A DNA stretch of 63,506 bases, counting the filler, from Octopus bimaculoides (lineage: Eukaryota): NCBI RefSeq assembly GCF_001194135.2. It is 4 parts of 4 records of this genome, joined end to end, with 100 filler letters (N's around TTAATTAATTAA, not from the genome) between each part and the next. Parts side by side here need not be neighbours in the genome. Positions count along the whole stretch, not along the records: positions 44,651 to 56,661 come from NC_068983.1; positions 56,762 to 63,506 come from NC_069000.1; 2 more parts are not named here. One strand, given 5' to 3'. Below, in pieces: positions 49,527 through 63,104 of this stretch (position 1 is the first letter of the stretch; the number at the start of each line of letters is the position of its first letter). The position numbers and the translations under genes were made by a program. The notes below the pieces were generated by a model. It did no database searches, was not told the DNA's origin, and was given only the letters and a program-made list of their open reading frames with translations.

Positions 49527-51937
49527 TAGTGATTAATTTGTATTGTCTCTCTGGGAATTACTACTGTTACTAATCAATTATCTTTCATATGACGAGTGTA
49601 TATATAGAGATTTTATTGACTATCCTCTTGGCATAGCGTTGTCATTTCCTGTTCATCTAATTAAACGCCATTAATTATGACCAGAAAAGGGAGTACGCAT
49701 TATAACATGACCGTCAAACATCAAATAATAATATTGCAATGTAACTTCGTAATATAATTTCGTTGATATAACTGAAAGCTCGGGATTGCAGTTATTGTTG
49801 GTTTGGCCAAACTTTAGTTCTGCAAGTGTAGGCAAATATATAAATGTATGGCTACATGGTTAAAAAGCTCACTTTATAAACACGTCGTTTGTGGTTCAGT
49901 CCCACTGCGTGGCACCTTCCATAAGAGATTTTACTAATGTCCCGGGCCAATTATTGTCTTGTAATGTAATTTCATAGACAATAAATGTACGGAAGCAAGT
50001 GGTATGTGTGTATATTTATATACGTATGCATGTGTGTGTGTATATGTGTGTGCATGTGTGCATGCGTACGGGTACGTGTGTTTCACGTCCGTGTATATCA
50101 CAACGAACTCTACCAATAGACAACCGTTCATGGTTTGCTTATGTCCCAGTAGCTTAGCCGTTTCAACAATAAGCAGTATACATTAACTATATAAGTCCTG
50201 TGGTGGATATTATTGAGTAGAACCTGGAAGGTGCTGTTCCAGTGAGGCCGCAGTCCAATGATTACAACTTATGAATGATAAAAGATTTAGAAAAGATGTC
50301 GTAGTTGCTCGAAATGTGGAGTAGATAAACAGCCGACAACTGATAAAGAGTCGTTCTTTATGTTACTTGTCTTCCATTTGTTTCTTTCGTTGTTCGAAAA
50401 ACAAAAGTTCGTATTTCATGTTCTTTACGTTTTATGACGTCCTGTACCCATATATGCACATGTGTATTCATATATATGTAAGTTTGTACATATATATCTA
50501 CGTATATATGCATATATTGCATATATACACATATATATATATATATATTATATATTATATATATAGACATATATCCGTGCCTGTGTGTATATGTATATTC
50601 TTTTATTGTTTTATCTGTTAAAGTAATTTTACAACGGCCATGCTAGAGCACCGTCTTTCGTTACTATGAAAACAGTCCGGATACTTATTGATCACACCTT
50701 GTATACATGGAGGCGCATGGCTTAGTTGTTAGGTTGTTGGACTTATGGTTGTAAGATTGTAGCTACGATTAAATTTGTTAAACTGAAAGAAGATGTAAAC
50801 TGAAAGAACCCCGTTGTATATTTATGTATATATCGACGTGTGAATATCTTTGGTGTGTTTTAATCCTCCTACTACGTAACAACCAGTGTCGGTGTGTTTC
50901 AGATTCCAATAGCATAACGGTTCGACAAATTTCATCAAAGAAATAGGTACCACGATTTAAAAAATATATAAATAACTTCTGGAGTTGATTCGCTCGACTA
51001 ACATTCTTCAAGGCTGTGCACCAGCATGGCCGCAGTTGAATGACTGAAAAAAGTAAAAGCTAAAAGGTAAAGAAAAAGAAAGAAAAAAGACATATAGTGT
51101 CTCTGTACGTTTTCCTGTGTTTGTGAGCATGTGGATATGCGCGTGTGTGAAATTGGAGTATGTATATTTGCTGTTTTGTTTCCTCTACCTGTTATTGACT
51201 TTGTGTATGCATGTGTGTTTACGCGAGTATGTAGATGAGACCGTGTTCGTGCGTCAGACGATATATTCCTTATTTCAATCATGCACACATCACCATGCGT
51301 GCATGCATTTAGTTTTATGTACAATAATATATTAAGACTTTTAATGTATTAAAACTCTTTTCAATCTTACTTAACTAATCAATACATTTTTTCCCTGTAT
51401 GTTCTCAATTATAAGTTCTCGATGGAATTTATAAACATTTATAGTGTTTTTAAAAAATGAAAATTGAATTTTTAAACACGTTTTCTTTGATATATTTGTG
51501 TAAAAGATTTCATAAATATATATTGCTGTAATAATTCAAATGTGGCTCTTTGATTAATAAATATTTTACTATAGAAGCTAGATGGTAGTTTGAAATTTTA
51601 TTTTCGATTTGTACATTAAACTGACATAAGTGTGCGTGGGAGTGAAGCTGTGCTACTGTGTATACATGTGAGTATGTATGCCTCTGCTTCTCTCTGTGTA
51701 TATCCAGGTGTATATGTAACTATTATATCAGTTTGTCAAATATATTTCATGTTTTATACGCGAAATAGTTAATTCTATAAGAAATGGATATATCTGCTGT
51801 AAAGTTAAGTTCTTGCGAATTATACAAACATATATATATAACTTCATACATGCACATATGAATGTTTATATGTGTGTAAATATATAAAAATATAAACACA
51901 CACACAGTTGCATATATATACATGCATAACTACATAC

Positions 51938-52018
<81 letters not shown>

Positions 52019-52539
52019 NNNNNNNNNNNNNNNNNNNNNNNNNNNNNNNNNNNNNNNNNNNNNNNNNNNNNNNNNNNNNNNNNNNNNNNNNNNNNNNNNN
52101 NNNNNNNNNNNNNNNNNNNNNNNNNNNNNNNNNNNNNNNNNNNNNNNNNNNNNNNNNNNNNNNNNNNNNNNNNNNNNNNNNNNNNNNNNNNNNNNNNNNN
52201 NNNNNNNNNNNNNNNNNNNNNNNNNNNNNNNNNNNNNNNNNNNNNNNNNNNNNNNNNNNNNNNNNNNNNNNNNNNNNNNNNNNNNNNNNNNNNNNNNNNN
52301 NNNNNNNNNNNNNNNNNNNNNNNNNNNNNNNNNNNNNNNNNNNNNNNNNNNNNNNNNNNNNNNNNNNNNNNNNNNNNNNNNNNNNNNNNNNNNNNNNNNN
52401 NNNNNNNNNNNNNNNNNNNNNNNNNNNNNNNNNNNNNNNNNNNNNNNAGTAGAAATTATATGTAATAAGCAGCTTCAATAAATGTAAACATTTACAGGAC
52501 TAAGGGAACATTAAATAACTATTCACATCAGAAAAAATA

Positions 52540-52574
52540 TTATTAGTAGTAGTATTATTATTAGTATAATTAAT

Positions 52575-52612
<38 letters not shown>

Positions 52613-52634
52613 TCTTCTTCTTCTTCTTCTTCTT

Positions 52635-52715
<81 letters not shown>

Positions 52716-52740
52716 ATCATCATCATCATCATCGTCATAG
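52540..52740. repeat. Compound trinucleotide microsatellite (CAT)n(CTT)n(TAT)n(CAT)n
   Basis: Directly visible consecutive triplet arrays. Confidence 0.95.
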
Positions 52741-53077
52741 CAATTCATCATTCTATACATTATGATGCTGATACTAGATTAAAAATATATCATTATTTAT
52801 CACATAGCTCCATTCAAGATTTCCATAGCAATAGTTTTTGTATGCCAATATTCATAACATGGATTTTATATTAGGTGTAGTTAATATGAAATTCAACAAG
52901 AAATATATCGTACACTACCAAATGCAACATTATATATTTTTAATGTTATACCCTTGAACTGAATATACATACATACCTATACATACATACATACACGCAC
53001 GCACACACACTAATATAGGTATATCATTGGTAGTTCATATATTCCAAGAATAAACAAATTCTAAAGCATTAAAGCAG

Positions 53078-53116
<39 letters not shown>

Positions 53117-54046
53117 GTAGTATATTGCCACTTAAGTGTGGCTGACCCCTAGGGGTGGATGTTACTGTTGCTTTTAGGCCCAGGAGGACATCTCCTCCAG
53201 CTGGCTTATAGACACACTACTGTGTCCTGTTTGCCAAGGGAAGTTATCCCTCCCATCATGATCTGTAGCACGAACGGACCCGGGTTTCAGATATATTTAT
53301 AGGGTAAACAAGCAATAATAAATCTCTGAACGAGGTATAAACAGTAGCCGCACGACAACGTATATTTGCCACTTAAATGCGGCTAACCACTAAGGGTGAA
53401 TACTACTGTAGCTTGTAGCCCCAGGAGAACATCTCCTCCAGCTGTCTATTGATATACTTTCTGTGCCCTGTCGGTATTTGCAAAGGAGAGTCATCCTTGC
53501 CATCGTCGATCAGACGTGATACGCACGAACCCGAGTCCCTGAGTATTTACCCTTCGTCAGCGTACGACAGTCACTGATTTTCGATGCGAAGGGGTCCCAA
53601 TGCAAATACATATATCCTTTTTCCGGTGACGAAAATTCACTGATCTCGAAAAACTCTTAACAAGCAAATATAAATCTCTGAACGAGATTTATATTTGCTG
53701 ATTATATAAACAGTAACTGATTTATATAAACAGTAACACACACGCAGACACCAATACACACATACAGCTTCTCAAAACCAGAAAAGAGAAAGTTGATTTG
53801 AAGACAAGAGACCTAATCCATCGTTGGAACTGTAAGCAACTGTAAACATTTCCAGAAGTTTATCATTTCATTATATATACATGAGTATGTCTAGATATGC
53901 ATGTCTAGAAATTTTGTTACAAAAGCGCTGCTCCAGCATAGCCACAGTCAAATGACTGAAACAAGTAAAGAGTAAAAGAGTATATGCATGAGAAGACACA
54001 TAAAACAAAACAATCTGCACGTATACATACATACATACATACATAC

Positions 54047-54920
54047 AAGGATTGGCTGTGTGGTAAGAAGCTTGCTTTCCAACCACATGGTTCTGGGTTC
54101 AGTCCCATAGCGTAGCACCTTGGAGAAGTGTCTTCTACTATACCTTCGGGCCGACCAAAGTCTTGCATGTGGATTTGGTAGACGGAAACTGAAAGAAACA
54201 CATCGTATATGTATGCATGTATGTATGTATGTATGTATGTATGTATGTATACATACATATATATATATATATATATNNNNNNNNNNNNNNNNNNNNNNNN
54301 NNNNNNNNNNNNNNNNNNNNNNNNNNNNNNNNNNNNNNNNNNNNNNNNNNNNNNNNNNNNNNNNNNNNNNNNNNNNNNNNNNNNNNNNNNNNNNNNNNNN
54401 NNNNNNNNNNNNNNNNNNNNNNNNNNNNNNNNNNNNNNNNNNNNNNNNNNNNNNNNNNNNNNNNNNNNNNNNNNNNNNNNNNNNNNNNNNNNNNNNNNNN
54501 NNNNNNNNNNNNNNNNNNNNNNNNNNNNNNNNNNNNNNNNNNNNNNNNNNNNNNNNNNNNNNNNNNNNNNNNNNNNNNNNNNNNNNNNNNNNNNNNNNNN
54601 NNNNNNNNNNNNNNNNNNNNNNNNNNNNNNNNNNNNNNNNNNNNNNNNNNNNNNNNNNNNNNNNNNCTCTTCCGATCTATACCAATATATATATATATGT
54701 ACATGAATGTATGTATGTATTTGTGTGTCTGTGTTTGTCTCCCCACCGTCGCTTGACAACCGATGTTGGTGTATTTACGTCTCCGTAACTTAGTCATTCG
54801 GCAAAACAGCCCGATACCATAGGTACTAGGCTTATAAAGAATAAATGATGGTTTCGGTTTGTTCGACTGAAGGCGTTGCTCCAGCGTGGCCGCAGTCAAA
54901 TGATTGAAACAAGTAAAAGA
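54047..54920 (+). mobile_element. SINE family A copy
   Basis: Same head and tail as 55301-55878; internal (TATG)n(TA)n spans an N gap. Confidence 0.85.
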
Positions 54921-55300
54921 ATAAAAGTGTAAAGGAATACATACATACATACAAACAAAAATACCCTGTTGTTGATGCTGAAATTCCAATGAAGGAACCT
55001 TGGATCTAGGTTAGAAACCGGCTCTTTCTCTATTGGCAAGAAATCTTGGAATAAAACTGAATAATGACATACATACATACATACATGCATACTTACATAC
55101 ATAAATTGCACAGCCTTGCTTACACCTATAATGACAAATAATTATGAGATTATTAATCAAAATAACACCAACCTTTGTAGCTGAGGTTTGTAAATTTTGA
55201 AATTCAACAATTAACAAATGAAAGCTTAAGACTACAATTAAACTATGATACTTTAGTCATTCAATTTTGTGGTTTAGTTTTTCACTTTTTATAAACTATA

Positions 55301-55465
55301 GGCGCAGGAGTGGCAGTGTGGTAAGTAGATTGCTTACCAACCACATGGTTCCGGGTTCAGTCCCACTGCGTGGCACATTGTGCAAGTGTCTTCTACTATA
55401 GCCTCGGGTCGACCAAAACCTTGTTAGTGGATTTGGTAGACGGAAACTGAAAGAAGCCCGTCGTG

Positions 55466-55502
<37 letters not shown>

Positions 55503-55878
55503 NNNNNNNNNNNNNNNNNNNNNNNNNNNNNNNNNNNNNNNNNNNNNNNNNNNNNNNNNNNNNNNNNNNNNNNNNNNNNNNNNNNNNNNNNNNNNNNNNN
55601 NNNNNNNNNNNNNNNNNNNNNNNNNNNNNNNNNNNNNNNNNNNNNNNNNNNNNNNNNNNNNNNNNNNNNNNNNNNNNNNNNNNNNNNNNNNNNNNNNNNN
55701 NNNNNNNNNNNNNNNNNNATGTTGCTGTGTTTACGTCCCCATAACTTAGCAATTCGGCAAAAGAGACCGATAGAATAAGTACTAGGCTTACAAAGAATGA
55801 GTCCTGGCGTCGATTTGCTCGACTAAAGGCGGTGCTCCAGCATGGCCGCGGTCAAATGACTGAAACAAGTAAAAGAGT
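55301..55878 (+). mobile_element. SINE family A, full bipartite copy with an internal microsatellite
   Basis: tRNA-like head (TGGC..TGTGG A box, GGTTCAGTCCC B box), central ggcaagtgtcttctactatagcc, (TA)n/gap, tail ending ccagcatggccgc(a/g)gtcaaatgactgaaacaagtaaaaga. Other copies at ~1818-1968, 9060-9260, 11221-11820, 20690-21060, 24280-24450, 31840-32290, 36820-37130, 40495-40830, 46250-46460, 54047-54920, 56945-57290, 61550-61945, 62570-62760. Confidence 0.85.
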
Positions 55879-56603
55879 ATATTCGTTTGTCCTGAACAAC
55901 TTCTTGTCGTATGTGTGTGTCTGTGCCATAGAATACATCGCTATCTGTTTATTTTAATAGAGTGTAGCAGTGAGCTTGCATATAAATGTGGTTGATACAT
56001 ATATAAATCTTAAGTTTATTACAATGAAATCTGTTGCGCGAATAACAGAGAAGATTGAATAATATGACATCCATATTGCCTGTGTCACTAGCGATGCATA
56101 AAGCACCGGAAAATACTTGAGTTAGTTGCAAAGCTACTTCGACAAACCAGTGACAGTTATTTTCCCAGTGACAGCACAATTTTCTGAAGAGATTTATATA
56201 GTAAAGGGAAACGTACTTAACTAAAAAAGCAGGTTGAGGAAAAGAACATTTCCTGGCTGAAGTAAGAGGAAATCAACTTTGCATTTAGCAATAGGCAGCA
56301 TTTTATTCTAATCTATATAAACTTATGAAAATATATCAAAATCTAAAGGCAAAACGGAGACGCTCACAATGTCAAACACCTGCTCTCGAATTAATGAGGT
56401 ATGTCTTACCTGTTCTTTTGAACCATCTGTAATATCAGCCTGATCCTTCTCGAATTCCACTCTACCTCCTTGAGAAGGGAAGTACGGTTGGTTTATGCTG
56501 TCATAGATAGGACATGTCCGAAGAAGAATGGGTTGCACATATCAGGAACAAGCGAAATCATAGGTATACTGGAGCAAGACGAACTAAAAGTGTGTGTGTG
56601 TGT

Positions 56604-56650
<47 letters not shown>

Positions 56651-56661
56651 TGTGTATGCGC

Positions 56662-56761
56662 NNNNNNNNNNNNNNNNNNNNNNNNNNNNNNNNNNNNNNN
56701 NNNNNTTAATTAATTAANNNNNNNNNNNNNNNNNNNNNNNNNNNNNNNNNNNNNNNNNNNN
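56662..56761. other. Artificial 100-bp scaffold linker
   Basis: 44 N + TTAATTAATTAA (56706-56717) + 44 N. Confidence 0.9.
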
Positions 56762-57358
56762 AAAAGGAAGATATCCTATAAATATTTTCTTTATATATAT
56801 ATTTGATTAAAAAAATTTTTTATTTATATTTCATTATTATTTCTGATGTTGTTTAACTCCAAAACAGCCTCTGTTCAGCAAAAATAAAAAAACTAACCTT
56901 TGATCATTCAATCTTTTATTTATTTATTCATTTATTTATTTGTATATCTTTTACTTGTTTAAGTAATTAGACTGCGGCCATGCTGGACCACTGCCTTGAA
57001 GAATTCTTAGTTGAATGTGAAGACCCTCAGTATTTATTTTCTTTAAGGCCTGATGCTTATTCTATCGGTTTTCTTTTGTTGAACCGCTAGCTTACGGGGA
57101 CGTAAACACATCAACACCAATTGTTAAGCAGTTGTGGTGAGCACACACACACACACCCACACACACATACACACTTATACGGCAGGCTTCTTTCAGTTTC
57201 CGTCTACCAAATCCACTCACAAGGTTTTATTCAGCTCGGGGCTATAGTAGAAGACACTTGCCCAAAGTGCCACGCAAGCTTCTTACCACTCAGCAACGCT
57301 TGCGCCTTTATTCATTCAGTTTGTCAAGGCAAACATCCAAGACAACATTATCCTAGCC

Positions 57359-58451
57359 CAGTGTTTCCCAACTTGGCGTTCGCAGATCCCTGGTGGTCCG
57401 TAAAAGTATTTCGGGGGATCCATGAACTAAATTCAAAATTTTATATATATATATATATAATTAACATAATAGGGTAAAAATTTGATATTAATTAATATCA
57501 ATTTAATACCAGGAAACCAGCACATTAAAAGAATCAGAAGGTTCAGAAAAAAATTTTCTGAGATCCTAAAAGGATTATAGTACTTGTGTATATAAAAGAG
57601 ACTACTAGGTGGTCTGTTAATGTGCTAGAAAAAGGTCACTTAAAAAATTCTCAAAGAAAGATTCAGCGGAGCATGTTTTTGCTCTGCTGAATCTTTCTTT
57701 GAGAATGTTTTAAGTGATCNNNNNNNNNNNNNNNNNNNNNNNNNNNNNNNNNNNNNNNNNNNNNNNNNNNNNNNNNNNNNNNNNNNNNNNNNNNNNNNNN
57801 NNNNNTAAAACAAATAATAAAACAAATAATAAATGAGTATATGCACATATACGTACAAGTATGTGCATACCTACATCTACCTGTATATATAGGTGCATAT
57901 CTGGGTACAGGACGTTGCAAACAAAACGTAGACAAAAATAATAATAATAACTAGAGTACAGAAAACACACAGGCCACATAGAGAACATTTTCCGTCATCA
58001 GCTGCCACCATTCTAACACAGGCGTTTCAAAGAGTTAGGGCATATATGTATATATATATGTGTGTGTGTGCGTATAAGAAGGGATGACCACTAAGTGGAC
58101 ATCTGATATGCTAGAAAGAGGTCATCAACGACCCAACCACAAAGAAAAATAATGATCTCCAGAAAAAAATCAGCAAACACCAGAACATAAGTAGGCGATG
58201 TCCACTTAGTGGTCATCCCTTCTTATACGCATGTAATACAATTTTTCTGAATTTTCAGTTTTTTATATGCTAGGCCACTGGTTTTAAATTGATGTTAATT
58301 AAATTAATATTCAATTTATCACCCTCAGTATACACACACACGCACACACATAAGGGTAATATATTAAAAGGGGGCCGTGGGAGAACTCATTTGAATAAAA
58401 CGATTGGGAACTACTGTTAGTAACCACTGTGAAAAGGATTGGGAACCACTG
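57359..58451. mobile_element. hAT-type non-autonomous element (MITE) with nested insertions
   Basis: Termini CAGTGTTTCCCAA ... TTGGGAACCACTG; flanks tcctagcc / ccctggcc (6/8 identical, hAT-like 8-bp TSD); the right terminus is partly duplicated at ~58405-58420. Confidence 0.6.
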
Positions 58452-60928
58452 CCCTGGCCTAACACACGTCAGCTTCCATTTATAAAAAACAGTAGGTTGT
58501 TATTTCGAGATTTCCTTGTTTGTTTCCTGTTCAACAGATTAGTGTCAACGAAAACAGCCGATTTAATATATTTGTTTCCCTTAGTTATTTCCCCTTTAAC
58601 AATTGTTTTCTTCGTTACGACATATTTTTTTCTTTTCAAGAATTATTTCCCTTGGCAATTGAACGCGAATTGATAACCGTTTTCTCTTTATTTTTGAATA
58701 CGAGATTTTTCATTTCTTTATCATCAACCGTGATCGAGCAGACCTAAGACCAAAGGCCCTCCAACCTTGATCATCACGTACTTCACACACACAGCTAAGG
58801 AGCTCACTTCGCATCTAGGAGAAACGGCGTTCAGTTCTACTGCCTAGCTTCTAGGACAAATGTAATTATTTATTGCCCTGCGTGAAAAAACTGGCCATGG
58901 AAGCTAATCTGTTGGAATATATCTGCTATTCGAAAGGCACAGTTATATCACACACTGTGTCACGCTGATTCTATCCGCGAATTACATTGTCCTGAGATAT
59001 ATTCAGCCACATATATGTTAACTCGGGAATAGGTAATGCAGTTTATCATGCAGTTGAATCCACGTCGTCGCACGGTGAAGATCCACCTATGTCACATATC
59101 GGTTTCAAATTTTGGCACAAAGCCAGCAATTTCGGAGGAGAGAGTAAGTCGATGACATCATCCCCAGTGATCAACTGGTACTCATTTTATCGTTCCCCAT
59201 CGGATGAAAGGCAAAGTCCACCACGGTGGAATTTAAACTCAGAACGTAAAGACGGACGAAATACTGCTAAGCGTTTTGCCTGACGGGCGAACGATTCTGC
59301 CAGCTCGCTGCCTTAATAATTAATTCTTTTATTAGCCGCAAGGGCTTAGGTAAAACAACATTAAAGGACATGCAACAACATAAAAGTCAACACAAGACGA
59401 GACAAAGGGTTTTCAGCGTGTAAACAATATATAACAATGGCAACTAAACAATATAAACCTCCTCAAAGGTGCTCGTGAATCCAAATACTTAAATGTATGT
59501 AAGTAGATTGTCTTAACCGNNNNNNNNNNNNNNNNNNNNNNNNNNNNNNNNNNNNNNNNNNNNNNNNNNNNNNNNNNNNNNNNNNNNNNNNNNNNNNNNN
59601 NNNNNNNNNNNNNNNNNNNNNNNNNNNNNNNNNNNNNNNNNNNNNNNNNNNNNNNNNNNNNNNNNNNNNNNNNNNNNNNNNNNNNNNNNNNNNNNNNNNN
59701 NNNNNNNNNNNNNNNNNNNNNNNNNNNNNNNNNNNNNNNNNNNNNNNNNNNNNNNNNNNNNNNNNNNNNNNNNNNNNNNNNNNNNNNNNNNNNNNNNNNN
59801 NNNNNNNNNNNNNNNNNNNNNNNNNNNNNNNNNNNNNNNNNNNNNNNNNNNNNNNNNNNNNNNNNNNNNNNNNNNNNNNNNNNNNNNNNNNNNNNNNNNN
59901 NNNNNNNNNNNNNNNNNNNNNNNNNNNNNNNNNNNNNNNNNNNNNNNNNNNNNNNNNNNNNNNNNNNNNNNNNNNNNNNNNNNNNNNNNNNNNNNNNNNN
60001 NNNNNNNNNNNNNNNNNNNNNNNNNNNNNNNNNNNNNNNNNNNNNNNNNNNNNNNNNNNNNNNNNNNNNNNNNNNNNNNNNNNNNNNNNNNNNNNNNNNN
60101 NNNNNNNNNNNNNNNNNNNNNNNNNNNNNNNNNNNNNNNNNNNNNNNNNNNNNNNNNNNNNNNNNNNNNNNNNNNNNNNNNNNNNNNNNNNNNNNNNNNN
60201 NNNNNNNNNNNNNNNNNNNNNNGAAAAGAGTGAAAGAGACATACTTAGCATGTCCTTTGATTAATTTTAATCCTTCGGCTATTTAAAGCTATTATTTTGG
60301 CCTGCTGTTGCCTGTGTCATTGATTCTGTTATTATCATTCTTAAAATTGCTACATTGGATAATAATAGAATTAACGATATCTTTGTAAATTAATTTTAAT
60401 AAATTATTTTTCTCGTAAATCTGTATCGAGATTATTTTACACTGGTAAGCTGCTGTGATTTCGGCGCAAAACGAATCAGTAGCGGCACAGACTTCAGAAG
60501 GATAGGTTTGGAATCTCTTATCTTGGTAATGCGTGCTGAAGAAGCTAAGGCTTATTTTGTCTTCGTTTGATGTCACTCAAGACACTCGTCCAAGGTCCCA
60601 CTGAAACTGAAGCCAAGTGGTTGCGAAGCAAGTTTCTTATTTCTTTTATTGCCTACAAGGAGCTAAACATAGAGGGGACCAACAAAGACAGACAAAGGGA
60701 TTAAGTCGATTACATCGACTCCAGTGCGTAACTGGTACTTAATTTATCGCTTCCGTAAGGGTGAAAGGCAAAGTTGACCTCAGCGGAATTTGAACTCAGA
60801 ACATAACGGCAGACAAAATAACGCTAAGCGTTTCGCCCGGGGTGCTAACGTTTCTGCCAGCTCGCCGCCTTACCACACAACCACACAGCCATGCCTGCGC
60901 CTACACACACACACACACACTTTCTCTT

Positions 60929-60960
<32 letters not shown>

Positions 60961-61549
60961 GCACACGTGCGCGAATTTACACACACTTCCCGTCTATCAA
61001 ATTCACTCACTAGGCTTTGGCCTGGAGTTAAAGACATTTATCCAATGTGTGGGAGAGTAAAATTGAACCCTAAAACACGCGGTTTCGAAGCGAGCTTCTG
61101 AATCACACGCATACACACACACATACCTACGCCTACACATTTTCATCTGAGGGAATTAATTAGGTTGTTCCCTTGCTAGAATATTGTCTTTCGTTCCCTA
61201 TCGTTCTCATTTAGGGCTTAAAAAATAAAAACAGCCTTGTGTTCAGATGTTAGTTCTTGATAGGCTTACGACATGTTCCTTATCTCCATCACAATCTTTT
61301 AAGGCTCTTAGAATTTATACAAATATATAGATGTATACAATACACACGGACACACATCTGTATGTGTGCGCCTGGCATATATACATGTGTGCATACACAT
61401 GTATGTATAATGGCATGTATGGTGTGTGATTTGAATTTAAATCGCATGGCATATAAACAATGTATGCGTGTGGGTATTTATATATGTATCTATGAGTGTA
61501 TATTTCTGTGTGTGTGTGTGTCATATATTTATATACATACATACATATA

Positions 61550-61945
61550 TACTTTTTTACTCTTTTACTTGTTTCAGTCATTTGACTGCGGCCATGCTGG
61601 AGCACCGCCTTTAGTCGAACAAATCGACCCTAGAACTTATTCTTTGTAAGCTTAGTACTTATTCTATCGGTGTATTTGCCGAACTGCTAAGTTACAGGGA
61701 CGTAAACACACCAGCATCGGTTGTCAAGCGCTGTTTGCGGGGGGACAAACACAGACACACAAATATATACACACATATACATATACACGTATATATACAT
61801 ATACGACAGGCTTCTTCCAGTTTCCGTTTACCAAATCCACTGACGAGGCTTTGGTCGGCCCGAGGCTATAGTAGAAGACACTTGCCCAAGGTGCCATGCA
61901 GTGGTTCTGAACCCAGGACCATGTGGTTGGTAAGCTATCTACTTA
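61550..61945 (-). mobile_element. SINE family A copy (reverse)
   Basis: Reverse complement of the family A head and tail, CpGs intact. Confidence 0.85.
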
Positions 61946-63104
61946 TCAAAACTATTGAAAAGGTTGCAAGACGCAACGAAAATTTTAGGAAAATAAATAA
62001 GAAATAAGTGGAAAATTTTCCGGTGAGGATGTTAAATTATAAGGCACTAAAAGAGAATGACTCTCCCCAGATACATCAGTGTATATATATATACATATAC
62101 ATATATATATANNNNNNNNNNNNNNNNNNNNNNNNNNNNNNNNNNNNNNNNNNNNNNNNNNNNNNNNNNNNNNNNNNNNNNNNNNNNNNNNNNNNNNNNN
62201 NNNNNNNNNNNNNNNNNNNNNNNNNNNNNNNNNNNNNNNNNNNNNNNNNNNNNNNNNNNNNNNNNNNNNNNNNNNNNNNNNNNNNNNNNNNNNNNNNNNN
62301 NNNNNNNNNNNNNNNNNNNNNNNNNNNNNNNNNNNNNNNNNNNNNNNNNNNNNNNNNNNNNNNNNNNNNNNNNNNNNNNNNNNNNNNNNCAGAATGGGAC
62401 AAGAACACAAAACATTCAGACAGTTAGGTGATACAAGAAAGGGACAAAATATCCAGATAGACGATAGAAAGAAAACACAGATAGGTCATTCGGAGTTTTC
62501 TCTCTTCAGTCGAGATCCAGATCATCCTTGCAATTTCGGCTGGTCATTCTGTATATATAATCTTTTATGTTCCTTTACTTGTTTCAGTCATTTCACTGCA
62601 GCCATGCTGGAGCACCGCTTTAAAGGGTTTTAGTCGAAGAAATCGACCCTGCCTAAGGCTTATTTTTTGAAGCCTACTAATTATTGTATCGGTCATTCTT
62701 GCCGAATCGCTAAGTTACGGGGACGTAAATACATCACCACCGGTTGACAAGCGGTGGTGGAGGACAAGCACACACTCACTCACTCACACGTAGGTAGATA
62801 GATAGATAGATATAGATTGATTGATATAGATATACATACGAGCGTGTGTATGCAGATGTATGTACGTGTATATGTAAATCTATCCATTTATATGTTGATC
62901 CGATTTCCCATGAGCATGAATGGTAATTATCGACTTGGATCTCTTCGGTACCGAGATGAACGCGTAGAAGTATTGTACGTATCTGGAAACCTGGAAATGT
63001 TATCTCTATCTATTAACATAAAAACAAGGGACACAATTATTACTTATTCCTTCCTCATTTCTTTTTCCTCATGCTTTTAGTATTTAAGTAGATTCTTTGG
63101 CCCA

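Noticed and set aside
60292-60576. 94-aa minus ORF in AT-rich DNA
   Set aside because: No recognisable domain and no convincing splice-site pair.
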